From positions 1-64,000 of IMG/VR virus record IMGVR_UViG_3300036670_000256: a stretch of DNA of 64,000 nt. One strand, 5' to 3'. Source of the stretch: a virus. The notes below the pieces were generated by a model. That model saw only the letters and a program-made list of their open reading frames with translations, did not search any database and had not been told where the DNA came from. Positions 18,361-28,414 of the stretch are shown piece by piece (the first letter of the stretch is position 1; each line of letters opens with the position of its first letter). A program made the position numbers and the translations under genes.

Positions 18361-21300
18361 TTATTGGTACGAATGTCGTACAAAGTTAATAAAAGAAAAC
18401 ACATCTACTTTTTTGTCATTTTTGCTTTCAATTTCAAATTCCATTGTAGCCCATTCTCCACGCAAATCATCCCAATCATTTCTGTTTTTATAAGGAACGT
18501 TGTGTTTGCCTTCTTGTATTTGATAACGATGGTGTAAATCGTCAATTACTCTAACTTGTCCTAAACTAGTTTTAATAGTTATTTTTTTAACAGGATAACT
18601 AATATTTATGTTTGCGGCCCAAGCTTTAAATATTTTTAGCATTTCTGGGTTTGGACTACATGTAACTAAAATTTTCATTATTTTTTGTTCTTCAAAGAAG
18701 TTCAAATAAATACCTTTATTTAATTCATGTAATTTATTGGCAAGTATTGGACTAACTAATTTTGGTGCATAAACTCCATCGTTCCATACAATATAAATAT
18801 CTTCGTTGTAATCAATAAATCCATTAAAAATCATTAGTTTTTCATTAAAAGAAATAGTGTAAGATTTTTCTTTTTCAGTTCTTAAACGAATATTTGTTTC
18901 TTTGTATTCATCGTCGTAATAACCTTCTGTATCTATAATTTTGTCGTTTTCAAAAAGTTCTCTCATTTTTAAATGAAGCTCTCTTTCAATAAAAAATGGT
19001 TGATTCATTTTTATCCATTCAATTCTTTTTTCATCAAAAAATGTAAATCCACTCATTTTACTTCCAGAAATCATTTCTATTACAGATCGTCTTATTGAAG
19101 TTCCGTAATCTGAAATAATCTGATGATTTGTAACTCCATCACCATTTCCTTGTTGCATTGATATTTCTCCTTGAGAAGTAGGTATCATTACGTTTTGATT
19201 AATTAATAATTTTGAACTTTGATGTTCTTGCATAACATATAAATCGTTTAGATGTTTTGCCAAATTATAACCAACTCCTTTATCGCGTTCTAATTCGTAA
19301 AAGTTATTTACTTTAAATTGTGACCATTTATCTACATAATCACCGTTTAATTTTGTTTCAGATACGGCAACAATATTACCCATGTTTGGATCGTCTCTAA
19401 ATTTAAAAGGTTGAGGTATGTAACTTCTAAGTGTGTTTTCTTGAAGATAAGCTTCGTTTAAAAATTCATTCCAAAGTTGTAACCAATCAAAAGGTTTTCC
19501 GTTTTTGTAAAAACTTTCATTGTGATTCCACTTTGACTCAACAGCAGTTTCTAAAACAACAGCATAACACCAGGCACCGTTTTTACGTTCTCCAACTTCT
19601 TGATTTTTTATACAATTTTCTGCATTATTTACAGAAAAACCACCTTCAACAGGATCGTTGTTATATTGGTTTTTGTTTCTAATGTACAAAGAAGAATAGG
19701 TATCTCCGTAAATTTTAAATACTTGAGTATTGTTTGTTTTTTTTAATACTGGTATTGTTTTACCTAATGGCACATATACGTTTTTAGAAAAGCTTAATTC
19801 AGTTCTCCCACCATAAACATTTTCTCTATTATTCATTACAATATTTATCAACCCATGAGTATCATAGGTTTTTAAATTAGCATTGTAAGGATCAACTATT
19901 TCAGGATTTACAGTTATAGGAATTTGACCTATAAACTCATTTGTGAAAATATTTTCGCTGCATTTTATTACAACTGTTTTAAACCCAGGAGAGTAATTTG
20001 TTGTATTAAATATTTCAGAACGCGCACCATTTTCTATACCACATTTAGAAGACCTTCTGCCAAAAGCAGAATAAAACCAAGCTTCTTTTTGCATAGTCAT
20101 AGCATTATTTGAAACTTCTTGACTTAAATTAAATTTAGATGCTGAAACTATTTCTCCGTAGTTTAATTCTTGAGCGTGATCAATTGGAATGCTATCATTT
20201 AGATATCCATTTCTTTCAAGAAAAACCGAAACGTTTATTGCGTAGCTTTTTCGATTATCTACTCCAGCATGTTCTGTTTTGTAAATTTTTCTACTAAAAG
20301 CAGGATATACTTCTCCGGTGCTTTGTCTTATTGAATTTCTAGAATGATCTGTATTTAATCTACCTACCCTACTAATTGAACCGTTGTTTAATTTTGTAGT
20401 AGAAACTTTATTATAGATTATATCTGGAGAATCAAAATAAATTAATTTTCTGCTTGTTGTAACTCGATTTTGCCACTCAACATTTTCAATACTATTTGGA
20501 TCTTCGTCAAACCTTTCTAAACCCTTTTTATCATAAGTTGGTCCACCATAATAAGGCAAACACCACTTGTTTGCAACTGGTTCTGGTATTTGAACATTTT
20601 CAGAATGTTTAAAACTATTTACTCTTTCCATTGGTGCTGAAATACCTTGACAAAGAATTGTTTTATTTTCTTCTTCTCGTTCTACATAGACTAATTGATA
20701 CATTGAAATTAGCTTTTGAACTTCACAATTTAAACGAACTTCTACTTTTAAAGTAGTTCGTTCTGCCATTAGTTTATCTCCAATTACTCTTGAGTTAGCG
20801 TATGTTTGATTAATGATTATTGCATTTCCAGCATCGTTAATATATTTTTTAGGTTCATTTAAAGCCGGAACCATAATATCACCTAATGGAATTACAAATA
20901 ATTGATATCCGTTTTTGTCAAATATTTGCAATCCTAAACGATAAATTTCTCCTTTTAAAAATCCTTTTTTTCCTGATGGAGCTTTAATATTTAATATTGG
21001 TTCTGCGGTAGGAAATTTAGCTGTAGCTTTTTGTAAAACTTCTTCTAATTCAGTTTCGTATGTCACTCTAATTCCGTTGCCTTGATTAAAACCTAAGCTT
21101 TCTGCGCCGTAAACTAAAGGACCATTAACGATTAAATTTACAAACTGAATATCTTCTTCGACAGCTTCTGTTACTTGTTCTGTAGAATACTCAAATTTAT
21201 AAAAATCCATATCTGTATTTACAGTTGAATCAATTGGCGAAAACAATAACTTGTTTTGAATTAACTCAATTTTTAAATTAGGAAAGTAGGATTGAAATAA

Positions 21301-22905
21301 AGGCGTTAGTTGAATGTTATTTAGCCAATTGTATACTTGTGTCAAATATTCATTATAAACCAAATTTGACGTTCCTATGGAGCTATTTATTATGTTTTCT
21401 CCAGTCTGAGTGTTTTTTATTTTAATTGTAAAATTTTCAAAAACTTGAATTGAAGTATATAGCTTTCTTTTTAAGAAAAACATTTTTGCATTATTGGTAA
21501 TGTCTATGTATCGATATTTCCAAGGTTTAGAATTTATTAAACAATTATGTGTTTCGCCATTTACATCCCATCCATGCAAAGTAAAAGATTTATTTAAAGT
21601 ACTTATTTCAGAAGGAATAGGTTTGTTTCTTAATCCTACAGCTACTAGCTTATTGTAAACAGAAGATATATCTGAACAATATTGCCAAGTATTTTGTCTT
21701 TCTAAAATTTTACTTAAACTTAAATCAGAATCAAATTCACTTTCATTTCCAAAGTGTTTAAAATCTACAATTAAATTTGCTTTTTTTGTACCTAAACTTC
21801 TAATTGCAGTTGGAGAACCTAAAGCTTCATACTCAATTGCAATACATTGAATTTCGCTAAAGTTTTTAAAGTTAACAACATTACATCTTATGCTAACTGA
21901 TCTATCTGTAATTTCTGATATGTCACCTCCTGAATAATTTAAACCATCAGTGTTTTCTAATATTTTTACGGTTTCTGAAAACGGACTAAATTCAGTTACT
22001 TGTCCATTGTCGGTAAATAATCTGTAAGCATAAAAAGTACTTCCGGCTTTTATTTGTCCATCATTATTTATTGATATAATTAATGGTTGAAGTAATACAG
22101 AAGACTGAAAATTACTTAGTTCTTCTGCGTTTCTGTTTAATAAATTTGTGTCTTTTAAATTAATTACTTTGAAAGAATTTAAATAATCTGTAAAATATAT
22201 TTTTTTAAAAAAATTATTTTCAAAAATTCCATGTGCGCAAATTTTTCCATTTAGCGGCCAATTAAGTAAACCACTCCAAATTAATCTATCAGTAATGTTT
22301 CCTTGATTGTCTTTTTTTAAAGAGTAAATTAAATCAATGTATACAGCGTTATTTTCAAACGATTGGTCTCCTTCTAACTGACAAACTTGAAAATTAGCAT
22401 TACTTAAAACTTCTTCGTAATATTCTGATAAATCTATTTCATCAGCCGGGTTTTCATCACACGAAAAAGGAATTTCAAATTCTAAAGGATTTTGTACTTG
22501 GCTATATATTGGCAACTCAAAAGTTGTAAATACTACATTAGGTTCTAAATCAATTGTTATACTATTTGTTGTTTCAGAAACTGAAAAAGAATTAGCTACT
22601 AAATTATTTACAGTTTGATAAGTTACTGTTGTGTTTCCTATACTTCCAATTGGTAAATTTCCTTTTACAAAAATTATAAGCTCGTCTTCAAAAGCCCAAT
22701 ATCCTAAGTATTTTACAATAGAATTATTTACGTAAACTTCTTTAGTTCCTTTTATGGATGAAAAAGAAATTGCTCCGTTGTGAGAGTAAAGTCTACCATT
22801 TTTAGAGTCTTGATAACTGTCTTTTGATTCTGCATGTTGGTCAAAATCTCCTTTTAAACCTTCGACAAAATGATGTAAATATTCGTAATTTTTATTATTT
22901 TCCAT
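18361..22905 (-). CDS. tail muzzle / stabilisation protein (P22 gp10-like, crAss type), ~1514 aa
   Basis: Size, beta-rich composition, KIYFTD, GEIYRLG and YGDTY motifs, synteny; probable start MENNK at 22905. Confidence 0.75.
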   Translation of the reverse strand: MENNKNYEYLHHFVEGLKGDFDQHAESKDSYQDSKNGRLYSHNGAISFSSIKGTKEVYVNNSIVKYLGYWAFEDELIIFVKGNLPIGSIGNTTVTYQTVNNLVANSFSVSETTNSITIDLEPNVVFTTFELPIYSQVQNPLEFEIPFSCDENPADEIDLSEYYEEVLSNANFQVCQLEGDQSFENNAVYIDLIYSLKKDNQGNITDRLIWSGLLNWPLNGKICAHGIFENNFFKKIYFTDYLNSFKVINLKDTNLLNRNAEELSNFQSSVLLQPLIISINNDGQIKAGSTFYAYRLFTDNGQVTEFSPFSETVKILENTDGLNYSGGDISEITDRSVSIRCNVVNFKNFSEIQCIAIEYEALGSPTAIRSLGTKKANLIVDFKHFGNESEFDSDLSLSKILERQNTWQYCSDISSVYNKLVAVGLRNKPIPSEISTLNKSFTLHGWDVNGETHNCLINSKPWKYRYIDITNNAKMFFLKRKLYTSIQVFENFTIKIKNTQTGENIINSSIGTSNLVYNEYLTQVYNWLNNIQLTPLFQSYFPNLKIELIQNKLLFSPIDSTVNTDMDFYKFEYSTEQVTEAVEEDIQFVNLIVNGPLVYGAESLGFNQGNGIRVTYETELEEVLQKATAKFPTAEPILNIKAPSGKKGFLKGEIYRLGLQIFDKNGYQLFVIPLGDIMVPALNEPKKYINDAGNAIIINQTYANSRVIGDKLMAERTTLKVEVRLNCEVQKLISMYQLVYVEREEENKTILCQGISAPMERVNSFKHSENVQIPEPVANKWCLPYYGGPTYDKKGLERFDEDPNSIENVEWQNRVTTSRKLIYFDSPDIIYNKVSTTKLNNGSISRVGRLNTDHSRNSIRQSTGEVYPAFSRKIYKTEHAGVDNRKSYAINVSVFLERNGYLNDSIPIDHAQELNYGEIVSASKFNLSQEVSNNAMTMQKEAWFYSAFGRRSSKCGIENGARSEIFNTTNYSPGFKTVVIKCSENIFTNEFIGQIPITVNPEIVDPYNANLKTYDTHGLINIVMNNRENVYGGRTELSFSKNVYVPLGKTIPVLKKTNNTQVFKIYGDTYSSLYIRNKNQYNNDPVEGGFSVNNAENCIKNQEVGERKNGAWCYAVVLETAVESKWNHNESFYKNGKPFDWLQLWNEFLNEAYLQENTLRSYIPQPFKFRDDPNMGNIVAVSETKLNGDYVDKWSQFKVNNFYELERDKGVGYNLAKHLNDLYVMQEHQSSKLLINQNVMIPTSQGEISMQQGNGDGVTNHQIISDYGTSIRRSVIEMISGSKMSGFTFFDEKRIEWIKMNQPFFIERELHLKMRELFENDKIIDTEGYYDDEYKETNIRLRTEKEKSYTISFNEKLMIFNGFIDYNEDIYIVWNDGVYAPKLVSPILANKLHELNKGIYLNFFEEQKIMKILVTCSPNPEMLKIFKAWAANINISYPVKKITIKTSLGQVRVIDDLHHRYQIQEGKHNVPYKNRNDWDDLRGEWATMEFEIESKNDKKVDVFSFINFVRHSYQ

Positions 22906-22923
22906 AGTGTAAAACTTATTTCT

Positions 22924-22931
22924 CAAAGATA
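22924..22931 (-). promoter_or_regulatory. -7 box TATCTTTG for the muzzle/cargo operon
   Basis: TAnnTTTG match 18 nt upstream of the ATG, just after a terminator. Confidence 0.55.
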
Positions 22932-22958
22932 ATTATTAATAAAAAAAAAGACTAAACT

Positions 22959-22989
22959 AAAAAAGCGCACTATTTGTACGCTTTTTTTT
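22959..22989 (-). terminator. intrinsic terminator after the lysis cassette
   Basis: AAAAGCGCAC-tattt-GTACGCTTTT hairpin flanked by A/T runs. Confidence 0.7.
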
Positions 22990-23654
22990 TATTTTGTTAT
23001 GTAATATATTGTTATTCCTCCAGCTATAAAGTAAGCTAACTTGGATTGGTACCAGGGAACTTTTAACTGTACTTCATAAGAAAGTACTTCGTCGGTATTA
23101 ATATATGGATTTGTAAAAGTAATATCTGAATGATACGTATTTTTACCTAGGATCCATTTTCGTTTAAACCCATCTACTCTTTTGATTTCTGTCCAAGTAT
23201 TAAAAGGTTCTATTGTCAAACTATCTTGAGTAACAACGTATCCGAATTCATACCATTTAGAAAAATAAGCTCCGTTTCTTTTAAATTCTAAAACGCCTTC
23301 TGGAGTAATATCTTCTTTAGTAATTGGTTTATCAAAAGCAACTGTAGTTTTGGGTATTGTAGTAGTTGTTTTGATTTTTTGAATAGCAGTTACTTTTGAA
23401 AATTTACTGGCCATTTCTTTAATTTCAGCATCTTTTTTTATGATCTGTTCTTTAAGAACTGACTTTTCTATTTTTGCAATTTGACTACTTGTTACTAATT
23501 GATTGTTTTTTAGCTTATAAGTAGTTATCTGTGATGTTAAAGCGTTTTGAGTTGCTTTGTTTTCTCTGTTGGATTTACATTTATGTAAACTTAATAAAAG
23601 GATTATTATAAGTAATCCAATAATAGCTCTCCAAAATATTTTTTTACTTATCAT
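22989..23654 (-). CDS. spanin-like lysis protein (N-terminal signal ending in Cys plus C-terminal TM; u-spanin-like)
   Basis: MISKKIFWRAIIGLLIIILLLSLHKC; C-terminal AYFIAGGITIYYITK; directly downstream of the endolysin. Confidence 0.55.
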   Translation of the reverse strand: MISKKIFWRAIIGLLIIILLLSLHKCKSNRENKATQNALTSQITTYKLKNNQLVTSSQIAKIEKSVLKEQIIKKDAEIKEMASKFSKVTAIQKIKTTTTIPKTTVAFDKPITKEDITPEGVLEFKRNGAYFSKWYEFGYVVTQDSLTIEPFNTWTEIKRVDGFKRKWILGKNTYHSDITFTNPYINTDEVLSYEVQLKVPWYQSKLAYFIAGGITIYYITK

Positions 23655-23655
23655 T

Positions 23656-24030
23656 TTACCAACGTGCTTTAGTTCCTCTGATATCATAATGAACAAATCC
23701 TTTATAGATACCAATTCCTCCTTGTTTCATTTTTCCTTCTGCAATTAAATTTTCAATTTCTTTTGCTAAATCTGAAGGTGTATAATTCCTTGCATTAATG
23801 TCTGCAGCTGAAGCTGTAAGATGTTGACTTAATTTTGCACCACCTACTTTTTTATTGTGAGAAATTGTTCTGTAACCACTTCCTGTAATCATTACTGATT
23901 CTTTAATGTGATCTCTAAGTATTTGCAAATTTTTTGCTACTTCTTTTACGTTTTTAATGTAAATTTCTGGAACAATAGTTCCATCATTACAATCAAATTC
24001 TTGTCTAGTAAAATTTTTAGTAAGTTTCAT
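23656..24030 (-). CDS. endolysin, peptidase M15A family (Zn peptidase)
   Basis: SGYR, GGAKLSQH, AADI and FVHYDIRG motifs. Confidence 0.9.
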   Translation of the reverse strand: MKLTKNFTRQEFDCNDGTIVPEIYIKNVKEVAKNLQILRDHIKESVMITGSGYRTISHNKKVGGAKLSQHLTASAADINARNYTPSDLAKEIENLIAEGKMKQGGIGIYKGFVHYDIRGTKARW

Positions 24031-24431
24031 TTTTGAATTTTTGTTAGTTTATATTCGGTAAATAAATAAATAATTTCAAAAAACATAAAAAGTCTTATTA
24101 CGTTTCCAAGATCCCATAAAGATTTTGATATTGGACTGTAGTTAATTTTTTTAGCATTTATAAAAAAATCAAAAACTTCATTAGATGATGCTAAAGCATA
24201 AATTGCAGAAACAATAATTACCGATTTTAATGGTAAATACTTGTAAGTGTAAATAGAAAGCATCAGAGAAACAACAAAACAAACAGCGCTAATAGCGCTC
24301 ATTATAGCAGAATTAGTATGCCTACTAATAAACCAATAGGTTGTTATTAATAAAATTATAGAAATTACAGAAAGTGCTTTTTTCATTTTCATTTTATTTT
24401 CTAGGCTAATTTTAATTGTTTTCATTTTCAT
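24027..24431 (-). CDS. multi-TM membrane protein, holin/antiholin candidate
   Basis: About four hydrophobic segments; overlaps the endolysin start; MKM starts. Confidence 0.55.
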   Translation of the reverse strand: MKMKTIKISLENKMKMKKALSVISIILLITTYWFISRHTNSAIMSAISAVCFVVSLMLSIYTYKYLPLKSVIIVSAIYALASSNEVFDFFINAKKINYSPISKSLWDLGNVIRLFMFFEIIYLFTEYKLTKIQK

Positions 24432-24822
24432 CTTTATTTTTATTTGTTGTTATATGATTATTAACTTTAGTTTTTATCACTTCCCACAAAAATACTGGTG
24501 CATTTTTGTATATAAGAACTAAAAGTATTTCGCTTATCATTGCAGAAAGTATAACAAAAACAGACCTCCAGGTTATGTAATTAAAATTAGTCATACTTTC
24601 GAATGTCAAATAACCTGCAGTAAAGGAAAAAAAGAATATGAAAAAACTTCTTTTAATATCAATTTCTTGTTTTAAAACAACTTTTCTAATTCCTATTTGT
24701 GTCATTGTTCCTATTAAAATCCAAACAAAAAAAGCAATAATTTTTACTACATTTTCTTTTGTAGTTAATTCGTCTAACGCTATTACTCCCGTTAAGACTA
24801 AAAGTATATATATTTTATTCAT
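24412..24822 (-). CDS. holin candidate (multi-TM, charged C-terminus)
   Basis: Hydrophobic segments, hydrophilic tail, first gene of the lysis cassette. Confidence 0.6.
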   Translation of the reverse strand: MNKIYILLVLTGVIALDELTTKENVVKIIAFFVWILIGTMTQIGIRKVVLKQEIDIKRSFFIFFFSFTAGYLTFESMTNFNYITWRSVFVILSAMISEILLVLIYKNAPVFLWEVIKTKVNNHITTNKNKDENENN

Positions 24823-24944
24823 CAATGTTTATATTATTTTATGTGGCTTTTACATTATTGCAAATTATATTCTAATTTTTTTTTTCAAATTTATCAAAAC
24901 AATATTGTTCAAAAAAATAATTTTTGACATTTCTATTTTAGCGG

Positions 24945-26804
24945 TTATGGTAATTTGATGTATTTTATGTCTACAATATCATAATATTGTAAATCAAATT
25001 CAATATACATGTTTTCAGTTAATACTAGCGAACTGAATTGTGGCACATTTTGTAAGGCATTGTCGTGATAAAAAACCATTGTTCCGTTAATATATCGAAA
25101 TTCATGTAAAACAGAAGTACTTATGTAGTTGACTAAAAAAGCCATAGTTACAGGTAATGCTCCGTTTACATAATACCTTCCTCCTGTTCCAGTACCATCT
25201 CTGAATATAGTAGTAAAAACTTTAGCTGCACTATCACTAAAATTTCTTAAAGTAAAAGTATCAATTCCAGGATAAGTAGTAGTTTTTACGCCTAATGGAC
25301 TTGTTTTTAATCTAAATCTTATACTAAAATTAGATGTGTAATCCACAGGAATATTATACTTGGCACCAATTCTTAAACCAAATGTTGTTAGTTTTATTTC
25401 ACCATTATCAGATAAATTAGGCGTACCTCTTATAACAGTCCAATCAAGTTGTGTTGGAATATAAACAACACCTAAATTAATAGGTAAAATCCCACTAAAA
25501 ACAACTGTTGTACCGTTACTTATAGTAATATCTACGTTTTCTTCTAATGGGCTTGTGGTAACAGATAAAATTAATTTACCTTGATTAACGAACTCAACCG
25601 AATTAATTACTTGATTTTTTATTGTTACCACTGTAGCTGGTGTAAAAAAAGAACCATTAATAGTTAATTGCGCTGTGTTACTTGGTAGCAAAGATGTTGG
25701 TACTAAATTTTGTAAACTTGGTTTTGGATAAACACTTAATGAATTTGAAATTTTCATAAAGTATAATCCATTTTTTATGAATTTAATTCTTATTTCGTTA
25801 ACGTCTGAACCTTTGTAAGTTCCTACAATATTTAAAAGCCATGCCGCTGGAAAAGTTGGTATAAAATTACCTGTTATATACAAAACAATTTCTTGTGTGT
25901 TTTTTCCGGTTGCTGGTAAGTTTCTTTCTGTAAATGTTGTATTGCTAGTCAATACTAAATTATACGTGTCTTGTAACCAATCAATCTGGTAATTTCCCGA
26001 TACAGTCGTGTCTACAAAATTTTCTAGCGCTGTATCTGGCAAACCAATATTACCTATCCACAAGCATTTTTCATTATTTGCTGAAAGATTTGGTATAATT
26101 GTATTTGCTAAAGAAGAATCAATTTGTCCATTAACCTTTATTTGACAAGAGTTTAATTGAAACAATTCTTTCTGTAAAAATACACTTGAATCAAAATTAG
26201 TTAAAATTGCACCCGTTGGTAATGATAAATTTGCATTAACAAAAAATCTATTTAAGAATGTTGTAGTAAGTCCTTTTTTAAATAAAGTTCCGGTACTTGC
26301 AAATCCAAATAGATTTGATGAAATAATTTTAAACCCATTCCAAGCGCCTTCAAAGATTAAACCATCTTGTACTCCGTAAAAACCAATATCATCTGCTGTG
26401 CCTTGTCTATATCCATCAATTTTACCTAAAGAAACATTACTTTGAAAGTTTACGCTTTTAAAACTTACTTCAAAATTATTAGTTTCATCTTTTAAGTTAA
26501 AAGTTTTAGATCCAATTCCTGTGTTAGAAATCTCAAGTCCAATTAGAGTTAAATTTCCAGAACCTCCAACTGGCGATTTAAATATAGTTGCATTGGCTTC
26601 TGTTGTTTTTATTTTTGTAATATTAAATCCTGCACCTACAAGAGTAAGTCCTCCAGCTGGAACAATAATGTCTTTAATTTCTTCAGTAGTATCGATATAA
26701 TATCTTCTATTGGAAACTAAAACTTTATTTTGAATATCGCTAGCTGATTTTACGATAATATCTATAGTTTTAGAACTTGAACTTATTGAATTTTGTAGTG
26801 GCAT
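24945..26804 (-). CDS. tail fibre/spike-like protein, 619 aa (beta-helix-like N-part, IPT/TIG-like and lectin-like C-part)
   Basis: Beta-rich, Gly/Thr/Ser-rich; PSLQNLVP..LTINGSFF IPT-like motif; tail module context. Confidence 0.6.
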   Translation of the reverse strand: MPLQNSISSSSKTIDIIVKSASDIQNKVLVSNRRYYIDTTEEIKDIIVPAGGLTLVGAGFNITKIKTTEANATIFKSPVGGSGNLTLIGLEISNTGIGSKTFNLKDETNNFEVSFKSVNFQSNVSLGKIDGYRQGTADDIGFYGVQDGLIFEGAWNGFKIISSNLFGFASTGTLFKKGLTTTFLNRFFVNANLSLPTGAILTNFDSSVFLQKELFQLNSCQIKVNGQIDSSLANTIIPNLSANNEKCLWIGNIGLPDTALENFVDTTVSGNYQIDWLQDTYNLVLTSNTTFTERNLPATGKNTQEIVLYITGNFIPTFPAAWLLNIVGTYKGSDVNEIRIKFIKNGLYFMKISNSLSVYPKPSLQNLVPTSLLPSNTAQLTINGSFFTPATVVTIKNQVINSVEFVNQGKLILSVTTSPLEENVDITISNGTTVVFSGILPINLGVVYIPTQLDWTVIRGTPNLSDNGEIKLTTFGLRIGAKYNIPVDYTSNFSIRFRLKTSPLGVKTTTYPGIDTFTLRNFSDSAAKVFTTIFRDGTGTGGRYYVNGALPVTMAFLVNYISTSVLHEFRYINGTMVFYHDNALQNVPQFSSLVLTENMYIEFDLQYYDIVDIKYIKLP

Positions 26805-26811
26805 ATTTTCT

Positions 26812-27435
26812 TTATCTTATAGTTGTTACTAAAAAAGTACCTGTTGTGCTTATTAATCTTATTGTATTTAAGATTGCTTCTGTTACTTCTACATTAAAAT
26901 TTTGGCCTTCTGCTAAAACTATTAATGTACCTCCAAAATTAAAAGTAAACGTTCCGGTTACTGACAATATAGAAATAGCATGTATTGTACCAGGATCAAA
27001 TGTTAAAGGAAAACCAGTTGTTGTATTGTAATTAGAAACAAAATTATAAGTTCTTCTTAACGCTAATAAAGCTTCGTTTTGGTCGGAAGTTAAACCTCCA
27101 ACTGCTGCATTAGGAATTGTTTGAAAATTATTTACTCCATTTGATAAATACAAATGTACTTCTCCTGAATTTACATAAATTCTTCTTATGCTTGATGGAT
27201 TGTTTTGTATTCTAGTTTTTTGAGAAAAATTAGATATTAATGTAACATTAACTTCTAAAAATTCTGAATTACCATCATCATCATATATTGTAATAGAAGT
27301 ATTTGATTTGTTTGGAACTACTGCCATAACAAGATGAACAAAATCATTTGAAATTTCTTCGTCTTGTTTTAATACAACAAAGCCTTTGTGTAAAGCTTGT
27401 GCTTCTTTAAGTTCTTCTTGTGTTGTGATATTCAT
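26812..27435 (-). CDS. tail-associated structural protein, 207 aa
   Basis: Beta-rich ORF in tail module. Confidence 0.6.
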   Translation of the reverse strand: MNITTQEELKEAQALHKGFVVLKQDEEISNDFVHLVMAVVPNKSNTSITIYDDDGNSEFLEVNVTLISNFSQKTRIQNNPSSIRRIYVNSGEVHLYLSNGVNNFQTIPNAAVGGLTSDQNEALLALRRTYNFVSNYNTTTGFPLTFDPGTIHAISILSVTGTFTFNFGGTLIVLAEGQNFNVEVTEAILNTIRLISTTGTFLVTTIR

Positions 27436-27445
27436 TTTAATTTAA

Positions 27446-28402
27446 TTAAAAGTTAATGTTAATTACATATTCATTAGTTAAAGAAACCAATAAAGAATCT
27501 CCGTTTATTTCTTGAATTGTTATTGTTGCTGTTCCGTTTATAGGCAAATCAATGTTTTTAAAACTAGCTGTAAATTCTAGCTCTGCAATGCCTTTATTAG
27601 ACAAAGGTATGTTGATTATCGTATCTCCATTTTGTTGTGTTTCTACAACTCCACCGTTATAAGATAATCTGACAATATTATTTGTATTAGTAGGAAAAGC
27701 ACTGGCATTTAAATTTACATTCATTTTTACTTTTGCTATTCCATTTACATGTCCTTCTTTTAATAAAATAGAACTTGATATACCATGAAAGCCATGTAAA
27801 GAAATGTCTGCACTAGATAATTCTCCAGTAAACAAATGTTCTAAATAAGCTAAAGAATCTTTGTTTACAGTAACAAAATAAATTGTTGTTGAATAAGTTA
27901 ATATGTTACCAACTTGGAAATATAATTTTTGATAAGGATAACCTCCTCCGGCCAAAGCTTTAAAAATTAAACTTGGCAAATCATATTGCATTATAACCTG
28001 GTTTGGAAAAACAACAGTTCCAAAAAAATTAAATTCTCCTACATTGTTGGTGTAAGAAATTATTTTTATTCTATCAACAGCTGCGTTGTAATTTATTAGT
28101 TCTTCAAAGTTTTTTAATTCATCTGTAGACATCAAAACAATTTCATTTGAACTTTCTGGATTTATTGTTTTGTCTGGAGGAAAATTTACAGTAATTAAAC
28201 CGCTATTACTATTTATAGGACCGTTTGTTACATCGTATTTTATCTGATCGTAAGGTTCACCTAAATGATTTGGATTTAATTTTTCAGTAGTTAAAACATC
28301 TGATTCGTCATACCAAATTCCAATAACGGCAAGAGCGCCATTTACTTTTGTAATCGCTCTTTGTCCAAGTTCTAAAATTCTAAAGTTTGTAAATACAGGC
28401 AT
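27446..28402 (-). CDS. tail-associated structural protein, 318 aa
   Basis: Beta-rich ORF in tail module. Confidence 0.6.
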   Translation of the reverse strand: MPVFTNFRILELGQRAITKVNGALAVIGIWYDESDVLTTEKLNPNHLGEPYDQIKYDVTNGPINSNSGLITVNFPPDKTINPESSNEIVLMSTDELKNFEELINYNAAVDRIKIISYTNNVGEFNFFGTVVFPNQVIMQYDLPSLIFKALAGGGYPYQKLYFQVGNILTYSTTIYFVTVNKDSLAYLEHLFTGELSSADISLHGFHGISSSILLKEGHVNGIAKVKMNVNLNASAFPTNTNNIVRLSYNGGVVETQQNGDTIINIPLSNKGIAELEFTASFKNIDLPINGTATITIQEINGDSLLVSLTNEYVININF

Positions 28403-28414
28403 TTTTTATTTGAT

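Noticed and set aside
24945-26804. Diversity-generating retroelement target in the tail fibre C-terminus
   Set aside because: No reverse transcriptase and no adenine-variant template repeat seen in the window
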